64,000 bases of DNA. It comes from an uncultured delta proteobacterium. GTDB taxonomy: Bacteria > Desulfobacterota > Binatia > UBA9968. Shown one piece after another: positions 49,797 to 60,515 of this stretch. Numbering within the stretch: the first letter of the stretch is position 1; each line of letters starts with the position of its first letter. The notes below the pieces were generated by a model that worked only from the letters and a program-made list of their open reading frames with translations, was not told where the DNA came from and searched no databases. The position numbers were made by a program, and so were the translations under genes. The stretch covers positions 32,001 to 96,000 of the forward strand of contig CAWJBB010000087.1 in the NCBI GenBank assembly GCA_963840855.1. The letters run 5' to 3'.

Positions 49797-50858
49797 TCAA
49801 TTTTTTGCCTTGGGAAAGCCCCAGATTTCCATCACCTGTCGTTCGTATTTTTCTTCTTCGGTTAGCATCTCCCAGGACTCCACTTTGATGTCGCGCATCA
49901 TGCGCTTCGCCAGGCCGCCCAGCTCCGAGCCCGGATGAAAAACACTCTCACGTCCAGTGCGCATCAAGGTCACCCCTTTGCTCGCCACCCAACCGGTCAA
50001 CAGCAGAGCGGCGTTGGGATTGGCGGCGCCCTTGATGGGCGCTATGGGAACATCACGGTTTGCCACAATCGGCCCCTCCGGGAACACCGCTCCCAGCGGA
50101 ACTCCCGGCTGGTCCTTCACATATCGATAGAATGAGCCGTGCCCCGCCGGACACACCAGCAGCATCTCGCCCGTGGCAACGAGCGTCTGCGAGTTGGTGT
50201 TGCCGCTCACCCAGCGCGGGTTATTGGCCAGGAGCTTCTTGGCGAAATCGAGCGCCCATTTCTCGCCGAAGGCGCTCCAAAGAGCCACGATGTGACTGGC
50301 GTCCACGAGGGTCACCAGCTTGCCTTTAAAGTAGGGATCATAACAGTCCGACCAAGTCTTCGGCACGCGCTCTTTGGGCACGAGATTCTTGTTGTAGACA
50401 ATCACTATCGGGTTAGTGACCACCGAGACAGCGAAGCCGTCGGGGTGAATCATTCTCGGATCGATGGCGAAGAGGCCGCGCCAATCGATGGCGTCGAAGA
50501 AGTGACCCAATTGTTTATGCTGGGCGATCAGGTTGGGGCGCACCATCATGGCATCGTAGGGAAAGTTGCCTGCTTGCATCTCCAGCATCAAGCGCTCGTG
50601 CGGCGGCCTGAGACGAGTGTACTCGACCTTGATAAACGGAAATTCTTTTTGAAAGGCCTGGTTGATTTCTCCAACCTCTTTTTCATCCAGATAGGTGCCC
50701 CAGGAAACCTTGCCTTCCTTTTTGGCGCCCGCGACAATCGAGCTCATGGTGATCGGCTTGCCAAGCTCGGCAGCAGGCGAGACGGCGCTCAAAATGCTCA
50801 GGTTAACGAGCAACCATCCCAAGGCAGTGATGATTGTCAGCCGGTTGCGCGGGTTCAT
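49797..50858 (-). CDS. ABC substrate-binding protein (clade B)
   Basis: Signal peptide, GAKKEGK, IVYNKNLV, AANPNAALL; RBS aggagg. Confidence 0.87.
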   Translation of the reverse strand: MNPRNRLTIITALGWLLVNLSILSAVSPAAELGKPITMSSIVAGAKKEGKVSWGTYLDEKEVGEINQAFQKEFPFIKVEYTRLRPPHERLMLEMQAGNFPYDAMMVRPNLIAQHKQLGHFFDAIDWRGLFAIDPRMIHPDGFAVSVVTNPIVIVYNKNLVPKERVPKTWSDCYDPYFKGKLVTLVDASHIVALWSAFGEKWALDFAKKLLANNPRWVSGNTNSQTLVATGEMLLVCPAGHGSFYRYVKDQPGVPLGAVFPEGPIVANRDVPIAPIKGAANPNAALLLTGWVASKGVTLMRTGRESVFHPGSELGGLAKRMMRDIKVESWEMLTEEEKYERQVMEIWGFPKAKN

Positions 50859-50892
50859 CTTTAGCCTCCTCAATGTTCGATGACGGCTCTCT

Positions 50893-52062
50893 TTACGCCG
50901 GGTCGAGATGAAAAAACTCCACCGCATTATCCGCCAGCATCAGCTGCTTCTCGTGCTCAGGCACATCCTTGAAGCTGACCTCGATGGTGCGCCGCGAATT
51001 CGGCCAGTCCGTTTCGGTGTGAGGGAAATCCGAAGACCACATGACGTGGTCGACCCCGATCATGTGACGCATTTTGACGCCCACGGGGTTATACTGAAAG
51101 CCCCAGTAGCAATACTCACGAACGTACTCACTGGGGAGCCGGGCCAGCGGTTTCAAGCCGAGCAACTCCACCGCCCATTTGTGATTCCGTTCATAGATGC
51201 TGTCAGCCTGTTCGAGCCAGTGGGGAATCCAACCGATTTGATTTTCGGCGAAATAGATCTTCAACCGGGGGAAGCGATCGAAAACTCCCGCGACCACCAG
51301 ACGGATAGCGTCGCGGGCGCCCCTTTGAGTGTAATAGTTGGCGTATCGACCGACGATATCGCGTCCCGCGCTGTAGACTTCTTGCTCGAACTTGCGAGCG
51401 TATTGGAACCACGGCCCGCCGTAGCGCTCGGCGCCGCCGAACTGGAACATCACGTGGACGCTGACCGGTACATTCAGGTCGACCGCTGCCCGCCAAAATT
51501 CGTCATCGGCGTCGCTGGGATACATGCGTCCGGCCGGAAAAGCGTTTAGCACAATGCCTTTGAGACCGATGCGTAAACAATGCTCCAGCTCGGCGATGGC
51601 GTCTTTCACGCCGGTCTCAGGGATCAGACCGAGGCCGATCAACCGATCCGGCGCCACCGAGCAGTACTCCTCGCCGAGCCAATCGTTGTAAGCCCGCACC
51701 ACCGCTTTGTAAGCTCGGTCGTCCTTTATGCCGCGCCAAAAGTTCGGACCCTGGCTGCCCGGATACAGCACCTCCGCCTCGACGCCGTCGATATCCTGTT
51801 CGCGCAGTCTCTGCTCAGGTGAGCCGGATCCTGGATTTTCGCCGAATCGGCCGCCGAATGGATACACGCGCCACTCGCCAGTCACACGAACCGGTTCGAT
51901 CATGATGCCTCGTCCCTCCACTACGTGAGCATCGCCGCCGCCGGGCAACCGCAAGCGACGGGGCGCGCGCTCTCGATATTCTTGCGGCACACGATGAATC
52001 CACCGATCGGTAGAGACTTCCAAATGAGAATCAGCAGAAATCACTTGATAGCGTTTGCCCAT
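50893..52062 (-). CDS. amidohydrolase family protein (Amidohydro_2-like)
   Basis: ISADSH, EQDIDGV, VSVH, ENQIGWIP, MWSSDFPH. Confidence 0.9.
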   Translation of the reverse strand: MGKRYQVISADSHLEVSTDRWIHRVPQEYRERAPRRLRLPGGGDAHVVEGRGIMIEPVRVTGEWRVYPFGGRFGENPGSGSPEQRLREQDIDGVEAEVLYPGSQGPNFWRGIKDDRAYKAVVRAYNDWLGEEYCSVAPDRLIGLGLIPETGVKDAIAELEHCLRIGLKGIVLNAFPAGRMYPSDADDEFWRAAVDLNVPVSVHVMFQFGGAERYGGPWFQYARKFEQEVYSAGRDIVGRYANYYTQRGARDAIRLVVAGVFDRFPRLKIYFAENQIGWIPHWLEQADSIYERNHKWAVELLGLKPLARLPSEYVREYCYWGFQYNPVGVKMRHMIGVDHVMWSSDFPHTETDWPNSRRTIEVSFKDVPEHEKQLMLADNAVEFFHLDPA

Positions 52063-52118
52063 GTCAGCTCTCCTTTTACATTGCAATGGCGGTCAAAACA
52101 CGGCAGCAGGATAAACCT

Positions 52119-53814
52119 CTACTTGCTTCCTAGCGACCCGCGCGCAATGACCTGCCGCGCTGCGATCGCTAGTAGCGCCGTTATCGTAATCAAGATAACC
52201 CCTAACGCGGCGGCCATGGGAATATGTCCGTTCTGCCAGTGAATCCATATCCACACAGAAAGAACCTCGTTTTTCTTCGTTCCTAACACAAGTGGGAGTG
52301 AAAACGCTCTGAGCGAGTGGGCGACTACCCAGATCCATCCCGCTACCAGCGAGGGAATCAGCAATGGAATCGTGATCTTCCATAGAGTTGTTAAACGAGC
52401 CAGCGCCGCTGGCCGCCCCGGCTTCCTCCAATTCGGTGTGAATCTGCATGAGACCACCGTTCGTCGTGCGCGTCGCAAAAGCCAGATATTCCGTCATCAA
52501 ACCCAAAATGATCATCCACATCGAGCCGTAAATACCCAAATAACGGAATGGCGGCTTGAGATAAACAAAAATCAGCGCCAGCGCTAAGACGACACCCGGA
52601 ACGGCGAACGAGATGAATGTCAGACCATCGAGAATAAACCTGGCGCGGCTTTTTCCGCGCACGACGACCCACGAAATAAGCAACGCAACGGCCATGGTCG
52701 CTGTTCCAGCGCCGAGAGCCAGATAGATTGTATTGAGAAAATCAGTCATGAACCTGGGGTCGCTGAGAATCGCGGCATAGTGTTTGAATGAAACCATGCC
52801 AAAGGCCTGCAGCGATGGCGCCATATAGTAAGGAAGAAGAGAAGCCCACGCCAACACGAGAACAGGCGCCGCAACCGTCAATAGGAAGTAAACGCCGAAC
52901 AGCCCCAGGGCGACAAAACGCCACTTCCCCAGAGGATACCTGCTGGGGTTAAACCCCCGTCCGCGGATCACCGCGAAACGCTCCGAACGTCTGATCAAGC
53001 GCGCGTAAAAAATTGCCATGATTCCGACAATGCCCATGAACAGAACGGCATAAGCAGCGCTCAGTCCATAATCGCCGGGCACAGAGAGCATCGCTTGGAA
53101 ATAGATTAACGTGGCGAGAACGAAAATCCCCGCGGGTAGGCCCACAGCGAGCGGCGCTTCGAAAGAGTCGAGATGGGAGACGAAGGAATAGGTGGCGGCG
53201 GCGAAAAGCGCTGGAGCAAGCAGGGGCAAGGTTATCTTGAAGAAAACGACCCAGGGCGGTGCGCCCGAAATTCGCGCCGATTCTTCCAGTCCGGGATCCA
53301 TGAGCCGGAAAAGCCCCACGATCATGAGAAAAGCCGTGCTCACGCCGCGCAGCGCGCCGAGATAGATGAGCCCGCCCAGAGATTGGATATTCAGCGGTCC
53401 CTCTTCAAGGTTCCAACCGAACGGGGCTAAAGCGGCGCGGGCGACAACGTTCATCAATCCGGTATTGGGCAGCAGTAAGAGCATCCACGCCAGCGCAAAA
53501 AGAACGCCCGGAATTACCAGCGGCAACAAGACCGCGACCCAAGCGGCGCTGCGAAAAGGCATGTCGGTGCGCTCAATGAGCCACGCAAACACAATGGCGA
53601 GGGCAATCGCGGCGGCGGTCGCTCCCGTGGAGACGATAAAGGTGTTGAGCAGGCTTCGAAAGAAAAATTCACTGCTGAACGCCACCGCGAAATTTCTGAT
53701 GGTCCAGGGACCGGGAAGACTGGGGGGGCCGGTGCGAAAGCTGCTTGCGATTAGCATGACGACCGGCACCACCAGCAACCACAATACTACGACGATGACC
53801 AAAGCCAGAAGCAA
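52119..53814 (-). pseudogene. ABC permease, FbpB/AfuB-like, frameshift near 52395; start uncertain
   Basis: Two EAA loops; C-terminal TM segments in ORF 52119-52478; paralog of 11769. Confidence 0.85.
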
Positions 53815-53964
53815 CTGGCTCAGGTTGAACTTTGAAAAGTGGTTTACGAGCCGCGCCGTCTGCTGTAATAATTAATGCGGTGTCGCATGGACTCATTCAG
53901 AGGCCATCGTCGGAATGCCGGAATCCATCCGGTGAGAGCGCGGACCTTCATCGACGGGCTTTTC

Positions 53965-55023
53965 TCAGTTCTTGGCTTTTGGGAAGCCCCAGATTTCCAA
54001 AATGCGCCTCTCGTACTTCTCTTCCTCGAGCAACACCTCCCAGGGTTGTACCTTAATTTCCCTGCCCATCCGTTTGACTTGCGCGCCCAGCTCCGAATTC
54101 GGATGGAAAATACTTTCGCGGCCGGTGCGCATATAGGTGACGCCTTTGGCGCCAATCCATCCCGTCAACAGCAAAGCCGCATTGGGATGGGCGGCTCCCT
54201 TGATCGGTGTCATAAGCATATCGCGGTCGGTTGCGATAGGACCTTCAGGAAAAATCGCCGCCAGCGGCGCGCCGGGTTGATCTTTTACGTAGCGATACCA
54301 CGTGCCGTGGCCGGTCGGACAAACCATTAGCATCTCGCCCGTGGCGACGAGGTTTTGCGCGTTCGTGTTGCCGCTCACCCAGCGCGGATTGTTGCTCAAA
54401 AGTTTCTTGGTAAAATCGAGGCCCCATTTCTCGCCGAACGCGCTCCACAGAGTTACTACCTGACCCGCTCCCACCAGCACCGCCAACTTGCCCTTGAAAA
54501 AGGGGTTGTAGCAGTCCGCCCAACTCGTAGGCACATGTTGCTTGGGAACAAGATTCTTGTTGTAAACAATCACCGCGGGATTCGTGATCGCCGATACGGC
54601 GACGCCCTCGGGATGCACCATTCGCGGATCGACGCTGAACATACCCTTCCAGTCGATGGGATCGATCAAGTAACCGAGCTGGCGGTGCTGGCCAATGAGA
54701 TTGGGCCGAATCGCCATCGTATCATAAGGAAAATTTCCCGCTTGCATCTCCAGCAGCAAGCGCTCGTAAGGCGGTCTGAGACGGGTGTATTCGACCTTGA
54801 CGAAAGGGAATTCCTTTTGAAACGCTTTGTTCAACTCGCCCACTTCGGCGTCATCCAGGTAACTGCCCCAGGAGACCTTGCCTTCTTTCTTGGCGCCTTC
54901 AATGATTGTATTCATCGTCAGGCGTGCGGGCGCGTCGGCGCCAAGGGCTATTTTCGCCGGCAAAACCATCCCCACCAACGCGGCCAATCCAATTGCCTTT
55001 AGGGTCGATAGTACGAGTTTCAT
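53965..55023 (-). CDS. ABC substrate-binding protein (clade B)
   Basis: Close paralog of 49797. Confidence 0.88.
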   Translation of the reverse strand: MKLVLSTLKAIGLAALVGMVLPAKIALGADAPARLTMNTIIEGAKKEGKVSWGSYLDDAEVGELNKAFQKEFPFVKVEYTRLRPPYERLLLEMQAGNFPYDTMAIRPNLIGQHRQLGYLIDPIDWKGMFSVDPRMVHPEGVAVSAITNPAVIVYNKNLVPKQHVPTSWADCYNPFFKGKLAVLVGAGQVVTLWSAFGEKWGLDFTKKLLSNNPRWVSGNTNAQNLVATGEMLMVCPTGHGTWYRYVKDQPGAPLAAIFPEGPIATDRDMLMTPIKGAAHPNAALLLTGWIGAKGVTYMRTGRESIFHPNSELGAQVKRMGREIKVQPWEVLLEEEKYERRILEIWGFPKAKN

Positions 55024-55068
55024 GGATATCCTTTTCGGAACGAGCGGAGCGCTTTTCCGTTTGTCTGT

Positions 55069-56477
55069 TCAGTTTGCCAGCACCGAGCTGAGCTCTCGCA
55101 CATCCTCCACCCGTTCCAGGTTTTTCACGATGGCAAGCAACTTTTCGCATTTCTCGCTGCCCAGGACCGGGGCCACGAGATCCCGCGCCTTGTCTTCAAC
55201 CTCTTTATCATTCATCGGATTGTCCGCGGTTCCGCGCACGCTTTTCACGTGCACGCGGAGTGTTCTGCCGTCCCTGGTATGGACTTCGACAATCCCCTGG
55301 CGGCGCGGCCGGGCGTGGGTGAGCGCGGGGTCTAGTTCTAATTTGATGCGCGATTTTACGGCCAGAACGTTCGGATCTTTCATTCGCTCGTAAGAATGGG
55401 CGGCCGCGAACGTGAGGCCGCCGTCGAGCAGAGCGACGGATAAAATGTACTGGAGATTGACATTGGGCATGCTGCGGTCGTTGACGATTCGGCCGCCATT
55501 TTCGGGAACTCGCGCGACGAGATCCTCGACATCATCCGCGGTCACACGATGCTCGCTGATGATTTGCAGGAGCGCATCGAGCACGGCTTGTATGGCGGAA
55601 CCGACGCAAAATTTCTTGATGTTCGCGCGCGTGATTTCAAACTCAGAACCCAGGCCGCGAATCAGCTCTTCTGCACTAGGGTGCTCGGCGTAGGCCTGAA
55701 GAAAATTTTGCTCTCCCTGGAAGACGTCGGCCACGCCGGTGAATCCGGCCTGGACCAGAGTCACGGCGGTCACGCCGTTGCGCGCTGGCATGCCGGCAAA
55801 ATCGAAAGCTTTCTCGATGTGATCTTCGCTCTGCACCCAGGCTTTGACGCCGGAAGCTTGCTGCGCCGCGTAGGACAGGGCGTAACTAACCTCCTTTGGA
55901 TCCAGATCGGCGAGACTGGCTCCCGCTGCCGCCGCGCCAAAGGTGCCGCCGATACTGTGGCTGCTCAGTCCTTTGGCGGAGAGGAAACCCGGCCCCAAAG
56001 CCTGCGTCACGCGACAGCCAACGTCGTAGCCCGCGACCACCGCGCGCAGCAAAGCCCTGCCGTCCGCGCCTTCTCGCTCGGCCATCGCCAGAGCCGCCGG
56101 CACAATCGCACAACCGGGATGGGTCGAAGATGGCGCGTGGGAGTCGTCGGTCTCGTCGGCATGAGCCATGACGCCATTGGCAAGCGCCGCATTGACGGCC
56201 GTCGTCAACGACTGACTGCCGATGACTCGCGCTTCCGGGGCGCCTCCCTGTCCTTGGATGTATCGGATGGCGAGGCGCCCGGGTGGCAGCACGGAGCCGG
56301 AAACCATCGCCGCAATGGCATCGAGGATATGATGCCGTGCCCGGGCCGAGACGTCGCTTGGTAACTCGGCCCGCCGCGCCCCAGCGATGTACTCGGACAG
56401 TTGCCCAATGATTGATTTGTCGTTTGTTGTTCTAATTGGTTCGGTCCCCGCGCCTTGGAGGTAGTTTTGTTCTGTTA
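55069..56477 (-). CDS. MmgE/PrpD family protein (start uncertain)
   Basis: HADETDDSH..THPG, EKAFDFAG, IKKFCVG, RGTADNP. Confidence 0.85.
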
Positions 56478-57218
56478 TTAGAGAAACCACTTGCCGCCGT
56501 TCACCAGATAGCACTGACCCGTAATGTAGCCGGCATCTTCGCTGGCTAAGTAAATTGCCGCCGAACTGACTTCTTGCCCCGTGCCGCATCGGGCTAGAGG
56601 GTCATTGAGTTTCGCCACTGGGTAAGCGCCCGGAAAACTGTCCAAGCCGTCGACGCCGCCATAGCCGATGCAGTTAGCGGTGATCCGATATTTACCGTAT
56701 TGGGTCGCCATGCCCCGCGTAAGCCCGACTATACCCATGTGGGCGGTGCTCGTCGCGGGATTGCCGCCGACAAAGCCGTCCAGGCCTGTGAAGTGAATCA
56801 GGCGCCCCCAGCGCTGTTGGATCATCCCGGGAAGAACAGCGCGACACATGAACATCGATCCCGTCAGCGCCAGGTGAATCGCTCGTTTCCAAGCGTCGAA
56901 GGACGTCGCCGCAAAAGATTGTTTCGCCTCGGTCCACGCCGTACTGTTTACCAGGACGTCGATATGACCAAATTCATCGAGGCCTCTTTGCACGAACTGC
57001 TTGATGCCATCTTCGTTGCCGGCGTTGTAAATCCCGGCGACCACTTTGATTCCCAGCGCGGCGCTTTCTTGCTGTGCCGCGCGGAGCGATTCGGAATCAT
57101 CCAAAGAGCCGAGAATAAGGTTGGCTCCTTCACGCCCAAAAGCCAGAGCGCTGCTTCTGCCCAGCGGGTTGCCGACTTCCGTCACGAGGACATTCTTACC
57201 TTTAAGAGCAGTTTCCAT
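56478..57218 (-). CDS. atypical SDR family protein
   Basis: SDR fold (FGHIDVLVN, ITANCI, YITGQ..VNGG); degenerate Gly motif; TSTAH in place of YxxxK. Confidence 0.8.
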   Translation of the reverse strand: METALKGKNVLVTEVGNPLGRSSALAFGREGANLILGSLDDSESLRAAQQESAALGIKVVAGIYNAGNEDGIKQFVQRGLDEFGHIDVLVNSTAWTEAKQSFAATSFDAWKRAIHLALTGSMFMCRAVLPGMIQQRWGRLIHFTGLDGFVGGNPATSTAHMGIVGLTRGMATQYGKYRITANCIGYGGVDGLDSFPGAYPVAKLNDPLARCGTGQEVSSAAIYLASEDAGYITGQCYLVNGGKWFL

Positions 57219-57277
57219 GGTCGCCAAAAAGCGGATTCTAAAAGGCGGGGCAAATTGCCGGCGGCGAAAGAAAACGG

Positions 57278-58024
57278 CTAGAGAAAGTAAGCTCCGCCGT
57301 TCACCGAGTAATTCTGGCCCGTGATGTATCCCGCTTTGTCGCTCGCCAAAAATACCGCCAGCGCGGCACATTCAGCAATCGTGCCCCTTCTGGGGATTGC
57401 CTGGCCCTCCACCCTTACCGCGGTTATTCCGCTACTCACGTGTCCCGCGTTTCTTTCTACTGTTATCGCCCATGGGGCGATGCAATTAGCTGTGATGTTA
57501 AATTCGCCATACTCCTGCGCGATAGCGCGAGTGAATCCGAGGGTCGCCATCTTTAGCGTTCCCGGACCCAGGATGCCGCGCATGAATGAGTTTCCTGTAT
57601 AGTTGATAATCCTTCCCCAGCGCCGCTCGACCATGCCCGGAATGACGGCCTTGCAAGTGAGAAACAGCGCGTGGACGTTGACGTCAAGCGCCGCCTGCCA
57701 TTCCTCCATGTCCAATTTCATGACGTCGCCGTGCACTCTCCATCCCGCGTTATTGACCAGCACATCGATGCGGCCAAACTCGGTGAGACCGCATTGCAGC
57801 AAATCGCTGACCTGAGCTTCCACCGTAACGTCGCATTGTTTCGCGATAACTTTGCTGCCTTGATCTACAGCGAGCCGAGCGGTTTCCTCAAGCAGGTCCA
57901 TGCTTTTTCGCGTGCAGATCAAAAGATTTGCCCCTTCCGCTGCAAACGCCAGCGCGGTCGCCTTGCCGTGATTGCGGGTCGCTCCCGTGATCAGAACGAC
58001 TTTATCTTTAAGCCCTGTATCCAT
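57278..58024 (-). CDS. atypical SDR family protein
   Basis: ITGATRNHG, VNNAG, ITANCIAP, YITGQNYSVNGG; PGTLK in place of YxxxK. Confidence 0.85.
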   Translation of the reverse strand: MDTGLKDKVVLITGATRNHGKATALAFAAEGANLLICTRKSMDLLEETARLAVDQGSKVIAKQCDVTVEAQVSDLLQCGLTEFGRIDVLVNNAGWRVHGDVMKLDMEEWQAALDVNVHALFLTCKAVIPGMVERRWGRIINYTGNSFMRGILGPGTLKMATLGFTRAIAQEYGEFNITANCIAPWAITVERNAGHVSSGITAVRVEGQAIPRRGTIAECAALAVFLASDKAGYITGQNYSVNGGAYFL

Positions 58025-58061
58025 TTTCTCTGAATGGTCGACCTCAGGCGACCTTAACGCT

Positions 58062-59060
58062 TCATTTCAAAAAGATCTCGCGGAACTCTTTGACGATTTC
58101 CCCGTATCTGTCAGCAACGGCCAGCGGCACCGGGAAGAGTTTGAGCCCCTTGGTCAATCTCGGATAGGGCGGCTCCACTTCTGTCCGCGCGGGAATTTTC
58201 GCGACGCTTTTACCGAGTTCTTGCCCTTCCTTGGACAAGAGGAAGTCTACCAGGAGTCTCGCAGAATTGGGATGCGGGGCATTGACAGCCATCCCCACCG
58301 GATTGAGGGAAACGATCACAGGTTCCAACGCAACCCAATCGAGCGGCGCCCCTTGTGCCTTAAATTTTTCGATATTACTGCCAAAACCATCCAGATAGAT
58401 CGGAAACTCGCCGGCGATGAGCAGCTGGGTCAAAAGCGAGTGGCCGCTGCGTATAATGAGATCTTGCTGCGCCAATCTTTTCATGAACGAAATTCCCCGC
58501 TCCCGACCCATCATCTCCAGCAGGCTGCCGTACAGGATATAGTCGGCGTCATCCATCGCCATTTTGCCCTTCCATTTGGCGAGCAAGAGGTCTTCATAGG
58601 TTTTCGGCGCATCCTCCCGGGCCAACTGGCGGGTATTGTAAGCTAAAACCCGGGTGTCCATGTAAAATGCCGTCCAAAAACCGTCTGCATCTTTGTATTC
58701 TTTCGGGAACGCCCGTTGTTCGGCCGAGAGATATTTCTGCAGATGCCCCGCCTTCTTATGATTGATCATTGCCAGGTGGCTGCCGCTGAAAACGTCGGCG
58801 CGAAACAGCTTCTGTTTGTGCTCGGTGATCGTAATCGTTAACAGCCTTTCACTCCCGGTCCGGCGCGCTTCGAATTTGATGAACGGGTATTTTTTTGCGA
58901 ACGCCTTTTGTATTGCCTGGATGGTGTCCAGTCCCCATGCAGTGTAGAGGACGACCTCTCCTTCGGCCTTGGCTTTTTCGACAATACCGCCGTCCGTCGC
59001 CGCCCGCGCGCTCGCGCTACAGATGCCCCACAGCAACACGCAAAGCGCCACTCCGCGCAA
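58062..59060 (-). CDS. ABC substrate-binding protein, Fe3+/AfuA-like
   Basis: Signal peptide, KAKAEGEVVLY, LAYNT, APHPNSARLLVDFLLSKEGQ. Confidence 0.88.
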   Translation of the reverse strand: MRGVALCVLLWGICSASARAATDGGIVEKAKAEGEVVLYTAWGLDTIQAIQKAFAKKYPFIKFEARRTGSERLLTITITEHKQKLFRADVFSGSHLAMINHKKAGHLQKYLSAEQRAFPKEYKDADGFWTAFYMDTRVLAYNTRQLAREDAPKTYEDLLLAKWKGKMAMDDADYILYGSLLEMMGRERGISFMKRLAQQDLIIRSGHSLLTQLLIAGEFPIYLDGFGSNIEKFKAQGAPLDWVALEPVIVSLNPVGMAVNAPHPNSARLLVDFLLSKEGQELGKSVAKIPARTEVEPPYPRLTKGLKLFPVPLAVADRYGEIVKEFREIFLK

Positions 59061-59103
59061 GGCTCTGACTATCTCTGTTCATTACTTCCCAGCTCTTGTC
59101 CCG

Positions 59104-60471
59104 CTAGACGCCGATCACGCCGACGCCGTTTTCAATCTTGACTTCGGTTCCGTAAATTCGCGACAATCGTTGCAGCCGATCAAGCACGCGCTCGCCGACA
59201 GTCTTGTCGGCCAACAAGGGTCTCCCTCTCTGCGCCCGCGGCCGCCCATGTCCCTGATCGATGGGATAGAGCCGCGCTTCGCTGAACCGCTTGTCTTTGA
59301 AGTGGCATACCGCAACAAAGTTCTCCCAATACAGCGGGTTGGCGGGATGGCCCTTTTTCCCGTGATCCGTGCGCGCGTCCCACCAGTCGGCTGGTGTTGC
59401 CTGAGAATCAAGATCGAAGCGCTCATAGGCGTCGGCGGGAAACGATTTCACTGTCTCGTTTTGAAAAATAAAATTTCCCAGGCTGTAAAAAATCGGCTTG
59501 TCGCGGTAGATCTCAATACCGAGCGGCACGTGAGAGCCATGGCCGGCGAACACGTCGGCTCCCGCGTCTATGGCCGCGCGGGCAAAAGCCGTAATGAAGT
59601 CCGCCGGCTCCACGCAATCCATAACGCTCTGCGCTTTGCGCAGGCTCTCGCCGCCGAACTCGTGCCAGTGCAGGCTCACCACTACCCAATCAGCCTGCCG
59701 GCGCGCGTCGCGAATCCATTTGAGATTCTCTTCGAGATCTCGGCTGTCTATCCGAGTGCGCAGCGAAAATCCCTCACCGGCGACGAACCGGTTGCCGCGA
59801 ACATCGATGGTCTTTTCTTGAGATTCGCCCGCGCGCCTCTCGCGCTCCTTCTCAGGATCGAATCCCAGCTCGCGCTCGATTCGACTCAGCTCCTCAAAAG
59901 CCTTGGGATCGACCATGTAAGTCGTATCGAATCCCAAAGGGTTCACCCCCGGTCTTCCCTTATGGTCAAATCGTTGGCTGCCGGCTTTGCCCCAGGGCGC
60001 GCTAATGAGAGAGCGGGTACTCGTGGCGTTGGCGGCAATCAATGCTACCCGCCCATTGGGAGTGTCTAGGTAACCCGGCGCTCTCGCCTCGCCGAGGTTT
60101 CTTCCGGTACCGGCGTGCGCGATGCCACCCTTATCCAAATGGCGCATCGTTGCCAGCACGCCTTCCTCGCCGAACTCGAACGCGTGGTTGTTGGCGCAGG
60201 AGAGCAGGTTGATTCCCAACCAGCGCATTTCCTGGACCAACCAGGGTTCCGTCGTCATGAAAGTGCCACGACCCATACGGCTGATCGCGGGCGACCCTTC
60301 GTCCCAACCGCGCACAGTGGTCTCGAGGTTGGAGAAGCAGGCGTCGGCGCCGCGCAACAGCGAGACGAGCGCCTGGTAGCGCTCTTCGGTGAAACTGGAG
60401 AGCTTTCGTGTCAACATCGTGTCCCCGGTTAGAGCGATGCGGCAATTGCCGCTTTCAGAATCGTAAAGCAC
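59104..60471 (-). CDS. CapA/PGA_cap-like metallophosphoesterase
   Basis: TGD, SNLE, CANNH, SLHWHE, GHGSH, YSLGNF. Confidence 0.87.
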   Translation of the reverse strand: MLYDSESGNCRIALTGDTMLTRKLSSFTEERYQALVSLLRGADACFSNLETTVRGWDEGSPAISRMGRGTFMTTEPWLVQEMRWLGINLLSCANNHAFEFGEEGVLATMRHLDKGGIAHAGTGRNLGEARAPGYLDTPNGRVALIAANATSTRSLISAPWGKAGSQRFDHKGRPGVNPLGFDTTYMVDPKAFEELSRIERELGFDPEKERERRAGESQEKTIDVRGNRFVAGEGFSLRTRIDSRDLEENLKWIRDARRQADWVVVSLHWHEFGGESLRKAQSVMDCVEPADFITAFARAAIDAGADVFAGHGSHVPLGIEIYRDKPIFYSLGNFIFQNETVKSFPADAYERFDLDSQATPADWWDARTDHGKKGHPANPLYWENFVAVCHFKDKRFSEARLYPIDQGHGRPRAQRGRPLLADKTVGERVLDRLQRLSRIYGTEVKIENGVGVIGV

Positions 60472-60515
60472 GTTGTTCCCTTTCGAATGCTTGGGTTTTC
60501 TTCGATAATCCCGGT

